The position numbers were made by a program, and so were the translations under genes. A stretch of 62,837 bases of DNA, counting the filler, from Candidatus Tectimicrobiota bacterium (GTDB lineage: Bacteria; JACPSX01): the NCBI GenBank assembly GCA_016193065.1. It is 6 parts of 6 records of this genome, joined end to end, with 100 filler letters (N's around TTAATTAATTAA, not from the genome) between each part and the next. Parts side by side here need not be neighbours in the genome. Positions count along the whole stretch, not along the records: positions 1 to 10,557 come from JACPSX010000237.1; positions 10,658 to 21,066 come from JACPSX010000238.1; 4 more parts are not named here. One strand, 5' to 3'. The notes beneath the pieces are model-generated. The model was not told the origin of the DNA. It did not search any database and saw nothing but the letters and a program-made list of their open reading frames with translations. Positions 10,323 through 20,061 of the stretch are shown here, one piece after another. How positions within the stretch are numbered: the stretch's first letter is position 1; each line of letters begins with the position of its first letter.

Positions 10323-10351
10323 ACTATAGGACAGCTCCCCGGTGGCGTCAA
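10323..10351 (-). promoter_or_regulatory. Sigma70 promoter for the tRNA pair
   Basis: TTGACG-17 nt-TATAGT upstream of tRNA-Phe. Confidence 0.7.
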
Positions 10352-10557
10352 GGACATTTCGAGTCTGCTCATTCCCGTCGGCGTCCTCAGGAGTGCCCCG
10401 GAGTCAGGAGTCAACCGAAGCGACCGCAAGCAGGAGACCGGGGTGCCCCTTGGGGCTCCAGTAAACTTTTGCACGGGAGGGCGATTTAGGGTCGGTTGCT
10501 TTTCGCGTGCGAGGAGATCCATGTCTTTGGGGTGCGGCGCCTGCAAAACTTTAAGTC

Positions 10558-10657
10558 NNNNNNNNNNNNNNNNNNNNNNNNNNNNNNNNNNNNNNNNNNN
10601 NTTAATTAATTAANNNNNNNNNNNNNNNNNNNNNNNNNNNNNNNNNNNNNNNNNNNN
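10558..10657. other. Artificial contig spacer
   Basis: N run with central TTAATTAATTAA (stops in all six frames). Confidence 0.99.
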
Positions 10658-10938
10658 ATCGCCACGTCCCGCTCCGCTGCCGCTCTCAGGGCAGCCATAG
10701 CCGACTGCGGCGCGCTGAAGTCGAAGATCACCTGGGCTCCGGCAATGACCGAGTCCAGCCGGTCTGTAATGAAGACCCCGAGAGGGCCGATTCCGGCCAG
10801 CTCTCCGGCATCCTTGCCGATGGCCTCAACCCCGGGCCGCTCCACGGCTCCCTTCAGAGTAAAGCCTGCGGCCTCATGGAGAACGGCCACCAACCGGCGG
10901 CCCATCTTGCCCGCCGCGCCTTGGACGATTGCCTGCAT
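10658..10938 (-). CDS. dapB: 4-hydroxy-tetrahydrodipicolinate reductase (3'-truncated by contig end)
   Basis: GAAGKMGR, GKDAGEL, VIFDFS; follows dapA. Confidence 0.9.
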
Positions 10939-10952
10939 CACGTCCGCGCCCT

Positions 10953-11828
10953 TCACGGCAGGAGGCCAAATTCCTGGAGAACCCCCTTGAGCCGGGCCAG
11001 ATTCGCTTCTCCCATCGGGCACAGGGGAAGGCGCAGTTCGGGGTGAATCATCCCCATGAGCCCCAGGGCCGTTTTCACGGGGATCGGGTTGGTCTCATAA
11101 AACATGGCGTCGTTCAGGGCGCGCAAGCGGTAGTGAATCTCACGCGCCTGGGCCAGATCTCCGCTCTCAAAGGCTTTGATCAAGGCCGCCACTTGACCAG
11201 GAGCCACGTTGGCGGTCACGGAGATCACGCCCCGCGCGCCCACTGCCAGCATGGGGAGGGTCAGGGGATCATCCCCGGACAGGACCGTGATCTTCTCCCC
11301 GCACAGAGCGACGATCTCGGAGACCTGGGTGAGAGAGCCCGAGGCTTCCTTCACCGCCACGATGTTGGACACCCCGGCCAGGCGGGCGATCGTCTGGGGG
11401 AGCAAATTCACCCCAGTCCGCGAGGGGACATTGTAGAGCACAATGGGGACATCGGCGGCCGCAGCCACAGCCTTGAAGTGCTGGAAGAGCCCTTCCTGTG
11501 TGGGTTTGTTGTAGTAAGGGGTAATCAGGAGAGCGCCGTCCGCACCCGCCTCCCGAGCGTGCTGGGTGAGCCGTATGGCTTCTGCAGTGGAATTGGACCC
11601 TGTGCCGGCAATGATCGGTACCCTCTTCGCCGCGGTTTCCACCGCAATCTCCACGACCCGCTCGTGCTCCTCGTGGGAGAGAGTGGCGGACTCGCCGGTT
11701 GTCCCGCAAGGGACGATGGCGTCGGTCCCTTCACGAATGTGAAACTCGATCAGTTTCCGGAAAGCATCCTCATCCACCCTCCCATCTCGGAAGGGCGTCA
11801 CAATGGCGACAATGGAACCTCGAAACAT
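10953..11828 (-). CDS. dapA: 4-hydroxy-tetrahydrodipicolinate synthase
   Basis: AIVTPF, GTTGES, PYYNKP, YNVPSRT, VKEASG, NPIPVK. Confidence 0.97.
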   Translation of the reverse strand: MFRGSIVAIVTPFRDGRVDEDAFRKLIEFHIREGTDAIVPCGTTGESATLSHEEHERVVEIAVETAAKRVPIIAGTGSNSTAEAIRLTQHAREAGADGALLITPYYNKPTQEGLFQHFKAVAAAADVPIVLYNVPSRTGVNLLPQTIARLAGVSNIVAVKEASGSLTQVSEIVALCGEKITVLSGDDPLTLPMLAVGARGVISVTANVAPGQVAALIKAFESGDLAQAREIHYRLRALNDAMFYETNPIPVKTALGLMGMIHPELRLPLCPMGEANLARLKGVLQEFGLLP

Positions 11829-11839
11829 CGTGAGTCCTC

Positions 11840-13111
11840 CTAGTCTCCCTTGAGGAATACCGGGATCTCTTCCCCCCGCACCAGGTCCTCAAAGGTCTCG
11901 CGGCGGCGAACCAGATGGAATTCCTCCCCCCGGACCAGCACCTCGGGCACTCTGGGCCGGGAGTTGTACGTGGAGGACATCGTGAAGCCGTAGGCCCCGG
12001 CCCCCAGCACCGCCAGCAAATCCCCGACCTGAATCGGGGGAATTTCCCGGTCCTTGGCCAGGAAGTCCCCGCTCTCGCATACCGGTCCCACCACATCGGC
12101 CGTGACGCGGCGGTCCGGCTCTGCGGGTAGGGACACGGGGATGATCTCCTGATACGCCCCGTAGAGACTGGGACGGATCAGATCGTTCATGGCGGCGTCC
12201 ACGATGACATGGCTCTTGGCGTTGGAATCCTTCACGTAGAGGACTTTGCACACCAGGATCCCCGCGTTGCCTACCAGGAAGCGGCCGGGCTCGAAGATCA
12301 CCGTGAGGTCCATGGCGGATAGAATGGGCAGAACACGCTCGGCAAATTCCTGGGGAGAGGGCGGCTTCTCATCCTTGTACGGGATCCCCAAGCCCCCGCC
12401 GAAGTCGAAGTAGCGAATCCCGAAGCCCTCGCGGCGCAACTGATCGACGAAGGACTTCACCTTGAGAAGGGCCTTCTCGTAAGGCTCCACTTCCGTGATC
12501 TGCGAGCCGATATGAACGTCGACACCCACCACCTCCAGATGATGGAGGCTGCGGGCCAGCCGGTAGCCGTCCATGGCCTGGTCCAGATCGATTCCGAACT
12601 TGCTCTCCTTTTTTCCCGTGGCGGTGTAGTCGTGCGTGTGAGGATCCACGTCGGGGTTGATCCGCAGCGCCACGGGAGCCTTGAGCCCGAGTTCCTGGGC
12701 CACCCGGTCAATTGTCTTCAATTCCGGCAAAGACTCCACATTGAACATCAGGATTCCGGACTTCAGAGCATCGGCAATCTCCGCGCGGGTCTTTCCCACG
12801 CCGGAGAAGACGATTTTTCTGGGATCTGCTCCGGCCCGCACGGCCCGGAAGAGTTCCCCTCCCGAGACGATGTCGACCCCTCCCCCTTCATTGACAAAGA
12901 GGCGGACGACGGCCAGGTTGGAGTTGGCCTTCATGGAGAAGCAAATGACATGGGGGATCGAGGCGAAAGCCCGGTCGTAGGCCCGGAACTGCTCCTGCAT
13001 GGATTGGCTGCTGTAAAGATAAAACGGAGTCCCTATCTGGCTGGCCATCTGGGCCACTGACAGCCCTTCGCAATGGAGAAGCCGATCCCGGTAGGAAAAA
13101 CTGTTGGGCAT
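11840..13111 (-). CDS. lysA: Diaminopimelate decarboxylase
   Basis: SMKANSN PLP lysine, HIGSQ, GGGLG, EPGR, GPVCESGD, GAYG. Confidence 0.97.
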   Translation of the reverse strand: MPNSFSYRDRLLHCEGLSVAQMASQIGTPFYLYSSQSMQEQFRAYDRAFASIPHVICFSMKANSNLAVVRLFVNEGGGVDIVSGGELFRAVRAGADPRKIVFSGVGKTRAEIADALKSGILMFNVESLPELKTIDRVAQELGLKAPVALRINPDVDPHTHDYTATGKKESKFGIDLDQAMDGYRLARSLHHLEVVGVDVHIGSQITEVEPYEKALLKVKSFVDQLRREGFGIRYFDFGGGLGIPYKDEKPPSPQEFAERVLPILSAMDLTVIFEPGRFLVGNAGILVCKVLYVKDSNAKSHVIVDAAMNDLIRPSLYGAYQEIIPVSLPAEPDRRVTADVVGPVCESGDFLAKDREIPPIQVGDLLAVLGAGAYGFTMSSTYNSRPRVPEVLVRGEEFHLVRRRETFEDLVRGEEIPVFLKGD

Positions 13112-13246
13112 GAATCCCCTCTCGATTGGCGCTCGTACCTTGCGGTTGCTTCTTCAGTCAGATCCCAAAGGGTGTTTCACGCTAGCATACCCCCCGGCAC
13201 CTGTCAATTGCGTCGCCCTGGTTCCCCTCCGGCGGGAGCAGGCAGG

Positions 13247-13396
13247 CTATTTCAAGTTTGGGGAACCGATGAAAGAGGACGGGCGCGGCTTGGCGGCCGG
13301 CTTTACATCCTCGGGGGCTACCGGTGGGCCCTTCTTCCCGCACCCCCCTGCCAGGGCCAGGCAAAGCAGAAGGAAAACGACGATGAGACGCCTCAA
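13247..13396 (-). CDS. Small lipoprotein, LptM/YifL (LppL)-like; absent from the ORF track
   Basis: TTG start overlapping the argH stop; MRRLIVVFLLLCLALAGG-CGKKGPPVAPE (49 aa) with lipobox and CGxKGP motif; lies between argH and lysA. Confidence 0.75.
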   Translation of the reverse strand: MRRLIVVFLLLCLALAGGCGKKGPPVAPEDVKPAAKPRPSSFIGSPNLK

Positions 13397-14808
13397 TCTT
13401 CTTCCCTCCGCCACTCTTCCTCAATTTGCGCGATGCGCTCTCTAACCCGCGCCGGAGCCGTTCCGCCGGGAAGGTTCTTGCTGGCGACGGAATTGTGGAC
13501 TTCCAGGACCGCCAGGACATCCTCCTCGAAGGCCGGCGAAAAGGAGCGCAGTGTGGCCAGGCCCAAGGCTCCCAGCTCCACGTTCCGGCGGGCGGCCTCT
13601 GCCACGGCTTTCCCCACGATCTGATGGGCCTCCCGGAAAGGGAGCCCCTTGCGGACCAGGTAATCGGCCACCTCGGTGGCCGTCAAGAAGCCCTGGCGGG
13701 CAGCCTGCAGGAGACGCGCGGCATCAATCCGCAGGCCTGCCACGGCCGGGGTCATGATCTCCAGGCAACCCTTCACCGTGTCGACCGCCTCGAAGAGAGG
13801 CTCCTTGTCCTCCTGCAGGTCGCGGTTGTAGGACAGGGGCAGCCCCTTGAGAATCGTGAGGAGCGCCATCAGGGCTCCGAAAACCCGCCCCGCTTTCCCC
13901 CGCACCAGCTCGGGGACATCCGGGTTGCGCTTCTGCGGCATGATGCTGCTCCCAGTGCAGAAGCTTTCGGGAAGCTCCACAAACCCAAACTCGGACGAGG
14001 ACCACAACACGAGTTCCTCGCCAAGACGGCTCAAGTGCACCATGATCGTTGCAGCCGCAGACAAGAACTCCACCACAAAGTCGCGATCCGAGACGCTGTC
14101 CAGACTATTACTGGACACCGCTTCGAAACCCAAACTGCGGGCCACCATCTCCCGGTCCAGGGGAAAGGAAGAACCAGCCAGGGCTCCGGCTCCCAGGGGG
14201 AGAACATTGACCCGGGTACGGCAGTCCTTCAGACGCCTGCGATCCCTCTCCGCCATATCGTAGTAGGCCAGGAAGTGATGGGCCACGACAACGGGCTGGG
14301 CCCGCTGCAAGTGGGTGTAACCGGGCATGACGGCGTCGCTGGTCTCCCGGGCCCGGCCCACCAGGGCTTTCTGAAAACCGCGCAGCAAGGAGACGATCTG
14401 GTCAATCTCGTCGCGCAGGTACAACCGGAGATCCAGCGCGATCTGGTCGTTGCGGCTGCGGGCCGTGTGCAGTTTCCCGGCGGCGGGACCTATTTTTTCC
14501 AGGAGCCGTTGTTCAATGGTTGTGTGAATGTCCTCCAGGGAAGGATCGGGAACAAAGCGGCCCTCCCGGATCTCGCGATCCATCTCGTCGCGGATTTCCT
14601 CCAAGCCGGCCACGATGGAGTCGGCATCTTTGGCGGAAATGATCCTGCACTGTCCGAGCATGCGGCAGTGGGCAATGCTGCCCGCAATATCGTGACGGTA
14701 GAGGCGCCAGTCGTAGGGAATCGAGGCGGTGAAAATCTCCACCCGTCGATCCGTGCGCTGCTGGAACCGGCCTCCCCAGAGTTTGTTCGCAGATGGCTTG
14801 GCAGTCAT
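13393..14808 (-). CDS. argH: Argininosuccinate lyase
   Basis: LWGGRF, HTARSRNDQ, PGYTHLQRAQP, GSSIMPQKRNPD, YNRDLQEDKE. Confidence 0.98.
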   Translation of the reverse strand: MTAKPSANKLWGGRFQQRTDRRVEIFTASIPYDWRLYRHDIAGSIAHCRMLGQCRIISAKDADSIVAGLEEIRDEMDREIREGRFVPDPSLEDIHTTIEQRLLEKIGPAAGKLHTARSRNDQIALDLRLYLRDEIDQIVSLLRGFQKALVGRARETSDAVMPGYTHLQRAQPVVVAHHFLAYYDMAERDRRRLKDCRTRVNVLPLGAGALAGSSFPLDREMVARSLGFEAVSSNSLDSVSDRDFVVEFLSAAATIMVHLSRLGEELVLWSSSEFGFVELPESFCTGSSIMPQKRNPDVPELVRGKAGRVFGALMALLTILKGLPLSYNRDLQEDKEPLFEAVDTVKGCLEIMTPAVAGLRIDAARLLQAARQGFLTATEVADYLVRKGLPFREAHQIVGKAVAEAARRNVELGALGLATLRSFSPAFEEDVLAVLEVHNSVASKNLPGGTAPARVRERIAQIEEEWRREED

Positions 14809-14827
14809 GGGTGAATGAAACCCGGGC

Positions 14828-15670
14828 TTATTTCCCCTTCCCCTGGATGCGTTCGAGGTAGGCTTTCGCGGTGCGGGCCACAGTGTGCTGGGGATAGCGC
14901 TCCAGAACCCGGTTCAGTTCCCGGACGGCATTTTGATTGTCCTTTAACTGATAGTGGGAGAGCGCCAGCTTCAACATTGCATCCGGGACCTTGTTTCCCT
15001 GCGGATAGCGATCGAGGACCTGCTGGAAAAAAGAGAGCGCTCCCTTGTAATCCTTGCGGACGTAGTGAACCTCCCCGCTCCAGTACAGGGCATTGTCGGC
15101 AAAATCCGATTGCGGGTACTGCTCCACGAGAGTGCGAAAGGATTTCAATGCCTCATCGTACTCTTCGGAACTGAACTGGTCATAGGCTTGGCGGTAGAGC
15201 TTTTCGACCTCCATCTTCGGGGTGGCCGCCGCCGGTTTCCCTGCAGGTGCAGGAGATGGAGGAGCTGCCGCCGGAGCTTGCGCGGCGGTAAAACCCAGCT
15301 CCCGTTCAATCCGTTCCAAACGCGCCGAGAGTTGAGAAAAAGCCTGCTCTTTTTGGGAACTCTGTGCCGGGGATGACTCCAGACGTGCGAGGCTCCCACG
15401 GATCTCTGCAAGCTGGCGCTCGCTTTGCTCCATCCGGCGCCGGGTATCCGCATTTTGCTGAGCCTGAACAGCGATGGTTTCCCTCAACGCGTTTATGTCC
15501 CGCTGCACGAAATCCAGGCGGTTGGGAGGCAGGCACCCGGAGAGCCCTCCAACCCCGAGCACAAAAACGATCAGGGCAACAGCGCGGGGAAGTTTCCTGC
15601 TGCGGTTCCCGACCCCATTCATTCTGGCCCTCCCGAACGTTTGCAGATCCCCCACAATGGGTTTAAACAT
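14828..15670 (-). CDS. cpoB: Tol-Pal-associated TPR lipoprotein CpoB/YbgF (start may be 15622)
   Basis: Lipobox LSGC, coiled coil, YPQSDFADNALYW and YPQGNKVPDAMLKLA TPR motifs. Confidence 0.85.
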   Translation of the reverse strand: MFKPIVGDLQTFGRARMNGVGNRSRKLPRAVALIVFVLGVGGLSGCLPPNRLDFVQRDINALRETIAVQAQQNADTRRRMEQSERQLAEIRGSLARLESSPAQSSQKEQAFSQLSARLERIERELGFTAAQAPAAAPPSPAPAGKPAAATPKMEVEKLYRQAYDQFSSEEYDEALKSFRTLVEQYPQSDFADNALYWSGEVHYVRKDYKGALSFFQQVLDRYPQGNKVPDAMLKLALSHYQLKDNQNAVRELNRVLERYPQHTVARTAKAYLERIQGKGK

Positions 15671-15742
15671 CGAGCCTTGCGGCCTACTTTACATGAATAG
15701 AGAGAAAAAACAAGATGAAATTCCCCAGGCGGGCCGCCTCCC

Positions 15743-15774
15743 AAAATGGAAAGGCCCGCCCAAAAGGGCGGGCC
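15743..15774 (-). terminator. Rho-independent terminator
   Basis: GGCCCGCCC-TTTT-GGGCGGGCC then TTTCCATTTT, just after the stop at 15795. Confidence 0.7.
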
Positions 15775-15794
15775 CAATCCTTTACTTCCCCAGA

Positions 15795-16202
15795 TTATTT
15801 CTTTGCAGGCTTCTCAGCCTTCTCAGCCTTCTTTGCTACTTTCTTGACTGCCTTGGCGGGAGCCAGAGACTTTGCTTTGCCATCGGAGACCGTCACGCTT
15901 ACGTTATCGCCCTCCTTGGCCGTGATCTTACCCGTGACCTCAAATGTCTTGTCGCCGGCATCTGTGGTCACAGTCACCTTCTGTCCCTCGATCTTGGCCA
16001 CCTTCCCCGCTACCCTCTCGCCCTTTGCAGCGGCCTTGGCGGGCTTCTCGGCCTTCGCAGCCGGGGCCTTCTCCATGGCCTTCTCGGCCTTGGCAGGCTT
16101 CTCGGCCTTTTCGGCCGCCATGGAAATTCCCGAGAAGACTACAAACACGAACAACGCCATCAGAATTGCCACCACGCGGTTGCCCTTCATCTTCTCTATC
16201 AC
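15795..16202 (-). CDS. Small exported Lys/Ala-rich protein with OB-like core
   Basis: Signal peptide, AEKPAK repeats, GKVAKIEGQKVTV beta-rich core; AGGAGG RBS. Confidence 0.75.
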   Translation of the reverse strand: MIEKMKGNRVVAILMALFVFVVFSGISMAAEKAEKPAKAEKAMEKAPAAKAEKPAKAAAKGERVAGKVAKIEGQKVTVTTDAGDKTFEVTGKITAKEGDNVSVTVSDGKAKSLAPAKAVKKVAKKAEKAEKPAKK

Positions 16203-16242
16203 CTCCTCCTTGTTAGGGTTGGATTGTTACAGGGCGACAGCA

Positions 16243-16271
16243 ACAGTAAAACCAAACATTTACAAAGTCAA
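16243..16271 (-). promoter_or_regulatory. Sigma70 promoter
   Basis: TTGACT-17 nt-TACTGT upstream of 16202. Confidence 0.55.
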
Positions 16272-16714
16272 GGGCATTTTTGGAATTCGCAAGGATATAC
16301 CTAACTCCCAATATTGTCATAGGTTACAGAAATTCCTCCGCCGGGTACGCCGGTCATCCCTGGCTGTGAGGAGGTAAAATCCAACGAGTTTGGTCCTCGA
16401 GGACCAACCCATAATCATTCAATAACTTAATTAACCCCGATCCGACAAAAATAATCAAACCCTATGCGATTCTGGGCTGCATGGTGCAAAGGTTGCCGAC
16501 ATATTGACTGTAGGTTCATAAACACACTAAACGTGAGTTGTTAATTCATGGTACAAACAGATCTTCTCCGCGGTCCGACGCTTATCAGCGATGGTTTCTT
16601 GGGCTGATGAATGTCGGATCGGGGTTAATGATTGGAAACGACCGGGTGCGGTTTAGAAAAGCGAACCTCGAGAAGTTCCACACGATGAAGGCCACAAAAG
16701 AACATGCACTGCTC

Positions 16715-16755
16715 AAAGGGCACCCCCACGCACAGGAAGGTGGGGGTGCCTCTTT
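16715..16755 (-). terminator. Hairpin/terminator downstream of amtB
   Basis: 11-bp stem GGCACCCCCAC/GTGGGGGTGCC. Confidence 0.5.
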
Positions 16756-16828
16756 CTGTAGATGTCGTCACAGGGTCGGCATGCGGTTGCGATGATTGAG
16801 GCAGACGCGTGCAATTCTTCTGCCCCCG

Positions 16829-18151
16829 TTAGAAGTTGTAACCGCTCTCCTCATGCTGAGAGAGATCGAGTCCCATCAGCTCTTCCTCTTCCGAGGTTCG
16901 GACTCCAAAAAGGGCATGAACGATTTTGTATAGAACGTAGGTGCCAACCGCGGCATACACATAGGTCGCCAACACTCCGAGAAATTGGATCCCGAACTGA
17001 GCCGCATTACCGAAAAAGAGACCGTCGGCCCCGGCAGAGTTCACTGCTTTTTGCGCCAGCAGCCCTGTCGCGAGGGCACCCCAGGTGCCGCCCACTCCGT
17101 GGACGCTGAAGACATCCAGCGAATCATCGAGCCGTGTACGTGCCCGCACGATGACCGCCACACCGCACAGAATCCCCGCTACCAGACCAATGATGATGGA
17201 GCCCACGGGGCTCACAAACCCCGCCGCCGGCGTGATGGCCACCAATCCCGCCACCGCACCGCTGGCTGCGCCCAGCACCGTGGGCTTTCCCCGCCCGATC
17301 CAATCGACCAGAACCCAGCCGATGACCGCAGCCGCCGTTGCCGTGTTCGTGTTCACGAACGCGGTAGTCGCCAGAGCCCCCGAGCCCAGCGCGCTGCCCG
17401 CATTGAAACCGAACCAGCCAAACCAGAGAAGGGAAGCCCCCAATACCGTCAAGGGCAGACTGTGGGGGGGCATGGGCTCCTGCTTATAGCCCTTGCGGGG
17501 CCCCATGAGCAGAGCCGTTACAAAACCCGCCACCCCGGCGTTGATGTGAACGACGGTTCCGCCGGCAAAATCCAGAGCCCCCAGCTTACGGAGCCAGCCA
17601 TCGATCCCCCAGACCCAGTGGGCGATCGGATCGTAGACCAAGGTCGCCCACAGGAGCGAGAACAGGACGAAAGGCCCGAAGCGGATGCGCTCGGCAAACG
17701 CCCCGGTAATCAGGGCCGGGGTGATGACGGCAAACATCCCCTGGTAAATCATGAACAGTTGGTGGGGAATTGTGGCGGCATAGTCCGGGTAGGGCTCAAG
17801 GCCCACCCCGCCCAGACCGAACCAGGACAGGCTGCCGATGATTCCCCCTTGGTCGGGCCCAAAGGCAAGAGAATATCCCCACAGGACCCACTGCACGCTG
17901 ATCAAGGCCACCATGATGAAGCTGTGCATGATGGTCCCCATCACATTTTTCCGCCGCACCATGCCCGCATAGAAAAACGCCAAGCCCGGAGTCATGAGCA
18001 TCACCAGAGCAGTTGAAACAAGCATCCACGCCGTGTCACCCGGATCAATTTTGGGGACTGGGACCGGCTGCTGGGCGAAGGCCGGAAACGCCATGGGGCC
18101 CAGCACGATTCCCGCCGCCACTCCTGCCAACAACCATCTGCGCATTCCCAT
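16829..18151 (-). CDS. amtB: Ammonium transporter
   Basis: DTAWMLVSTALVMLMTPGLAFFYAG, DFAGGTVVH, WFGWFGFNAGS, DDSLDVFSVHG; start reassigned to MGMRR behind GGAGGAG. Confidence 0.96.
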   Translation of the reverse strand: MGMRRWLLAGVAAGIVLGPMAFPAFAQQPVPVPKIDPGDTAWMLVSTALVMLMTPGLAFFYAGMVRRKNVMGTIMHSFIMVALISVQWVLWGYSLAFGPDQGGIIGSLSWFGLGGVGLEPYPDYAATIPHQLFMIYQGMFAVITPALITGAFAERIRFGPFVLFSLLWATLVYDPIAHWVWGIDGWLRKLGALDFAGGTVVHINAGVAGFVTALLMGPRKGYKQEPMPPHSLPLTVLGASLLWFGWFGFNAGSALGSGALATTAFVNTNTATAAAVIGWVLVDWIGRGKPTVLGAASGAVAGLVAITPAAGFVSPVGSIIIGLVAGILCGVAVIVRARTRLDDSLDVFSVHGVGGTWGALATGLLAQKAVNSAGADGLFFGNAAQFGIQFLGVLATYVYAAVGTYVLYKIVHALFGVRTSEEEELMGLDLSQHEESGYNF

Positions 18152-18272
18152 ACCCGATTCTCCTCCCAGATCGATTTCTCCAAAAGAAATGCATTTTCTG
18201 TATTGGGTCCCTAGGATTTGCAGACCCCAAGCCCTTCGATGCCGAGCCTTTCCTGGCATGCTTTGGGCGGGG

Positions 18273-18288
18273 TGCAAAATCTTTGCCT
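18273..18288 (-). promoter_or_regulatory. Sigma54 (-24/-12) promoter for amtB
   Basis: AGGCAAAGATTTTGCA = GG-N10-GC; fits nitrogen regulation. Confidence 0.6.
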
Positions 18289-18510
18289 TTCCCGCCCCCG
18301 GGAGAGATCCTTGCTTTTCAGGAGCTTTCACAGAACCCTTGGATGGACTGGAGAGCCAGATGGCTAATATTTAGGCAAATCAAGACTGCGCGTGCGCAAA
18401 AAACAGACAGCTTTCCGGAAAGAGCAGAGAGGGGAAGATTTCCCTGGAATTTGATCCACAAATCCACTCGGGGTATACTCATGTGCGCGAGGGAACCCGA
18501 GTGCAATGAG

Positions 18511-19965
18511 ATGAACCGACGCATCCAGGCCGGCCAATTTTACGACTACGAACGCTGTAAGCACAGGGTCTACCTCGACGTCCATGGAGACTCCAACGAG
18601 AAAGGCGGCGAGTCCGCTTTCCTGCGGCTTCTCTGGGAGCGCGGCATCCAGCACGAAGCCCGGGTGATCTCCAGGCTCTCTTCGCAACGGCAGATTGCCC
18701 CCATAGATGCCTCCTCTGAGAAAGAAGCATTTGCCCAAACCCTTGATTGGATGGTCCGCGGGGCAGACCTCATCTACCAGGGGGTCCTGCTGACGGAGGG
18801 GGGGATTGGGCGTCCCGACCTCCTCGAAAAAGCCGCAGGTCCATCCAAATGGGGGGACTACCATTACGTTCCCATTGACATCAAGTCAGGAGGGGGATTT
18901 GAAAATCCTCAGACCCGAGAGCGGGTCAAGAAAGAATACGCGCACCAGGTGATCTTCTATCTGGACCTCCTGGAGGAAATCCAGGGCTACCGCCCGCTGG
19001 TGGGCAAGGTCATCAACATCGAGGGAGAGGAAATTGTCTTCCCGGCCTCCGCTTACGAGGAGACCTACTCCGCCAGCCGGAAGGACATTGAAGAGATCGT
19101 GGGCGGCGGGAAGTCCTACGAGCCGGTCCTGGGAGGCAAGTGCAAGCTCTGCCCCTGGCTCCAACACTGCAGCACCTGGATCAAGGAGCACGACGACCTG
19201 AGCCAGATCTACTGGCTTGGAGAAGGGAAGTACGACTTCCACGCGCGCGGGATCCGCACCGTGGAGGACATGCGGCGGATCCATATCGCAAATTTCATGC
19301 GCCCTGAAAACCGCATCCCGCGGGTCGCAGAGAAAACCCTCGCCGCTTACAAGAGGAGAGCTCGGGTTCTCAAGGAGGGCAAGCCCCTGTTTCACGGCCC
19401 CATCACGTTTCCCAGCCGCTCCCTGGAAATCTTCTTCGACATCGAGGACGACCCGACCCAGGGCATCGTCTACCTCTACGGACTTTGGGAGCGCCCCCGG
19501 GGAGAGATCCCGCGCTTCCGTTACTTTCTGGCCGAAAAACCTCAAGACCAGCAGGCGGCCTTTGCAGCTCTCATGGAATACCTGTCCCGCCTCGATGACT
19601 TCGTCATCTACCACTACGGCCCTCACGAACTCACGACGCTCAAGAAGCTCGGCCAGACCTCGGGCAACCACAAACCGGTTCTGGAAAAATTCCATCGCTC
19701 CGCCGTGGACATCTTCCGGGTCATCGAGAAGCACACGGACTGGCCCCTTTTCTCCTACGGCCTGAAGGACATTGCCAAGTTCCTGGGCTTCCGCTGGAGC
19801 GTTGAGGACGCCTCGGGAGCCGCCAACTCTATCGCCTGGTACGCGGAATATCTCAAGGATCCTCAGAAGAACCGCGACTTCCTGGAGCGCATCGTGCAAT
19901 ACAACCGCGAGGATTGCGAATCCCTGGCCCTGGTCCGGGACCGGCTCGCCGGCGGGATCCAGTAA
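18511..19965 (+). CDS. TM0106-family RecB-like nuclease with C-terminal RNase H-like domain
   Basis: GRPDLL...IDIK PD-(D/E)xK motif, CKLCPWLQHC, FFDIED, SYGLKDIA, YNREDC. Confidence 0.85.
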   Translation: MNRRIQAGQFYDYERCKHRVYLDVHGDSNEKGGESAFLRLLWERGIQHEARVISRLSSQRQIAPIDASSEKEAFAQTLDWMVRGADLIYQGVLLTEGGIGRPDLLEKAAGPSKWGDYHYVPIDIKSGGGFENPQTRERVKKEYAHQVIFYLDLLEEIQGYRPLVGKVINIEGEEIVFPASAYEETYSASRKDIEEIVGGGKSYEPVLGGKCKLCPWLQHCSTWIKEHDDLSQIYWLGEGKYDFHARGIRTVEDMRRIHIANFMRPENRIPRVAEKTLAAYKRRARVLKEGKPLFHGPITFPSRSLEIFFDIEDDPTQGIVYLYGLWERPRGEIPRFRYFLAEKPQDQQAAFAALMEYLSRLDDFVIYHYGPHELTTLKKLGQTSGNHKPVLEKFHRSAVDIFRVIEKHTDWPLFSYGLKDIAKFLGFRWSVEDASGAANSIAWYAEYLKDPQKNRDFLERIVQYNREDCESLALVRDRLAGGIQ

Positions 19966-20061
19966 CACTTCACTCCATCACCCTCGAAGTTTGCCCGGGA
20001 AAAGCTCGACGACCTCACGGAGAAGTACGGAAAGATGATCGGCTTGAGGTAACGGGAGGGG

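Noticed and set aside
10558-10657. TTAATTAATTAA palindrome inside N runs (five occurrences)
   Set aside because: Artificial contig linker; ORFs running into it and adjacency across it are not biological.
13426-14814. Long antisense or alternate-frame ORFs (also 1723-2712, 16985-18016, 18886-19968, 42032-43045, 58029-59177)
   Set aside because: Shadow ORFs of well-supported genes in GC-rich DNA, with no motifs.
18013-18510. N-terminal extensions of the TM0106 ORF and of amtB
   Set aside because: They overlap each other and the promoter region; recognisable sequence starts at 18511 and 18151.
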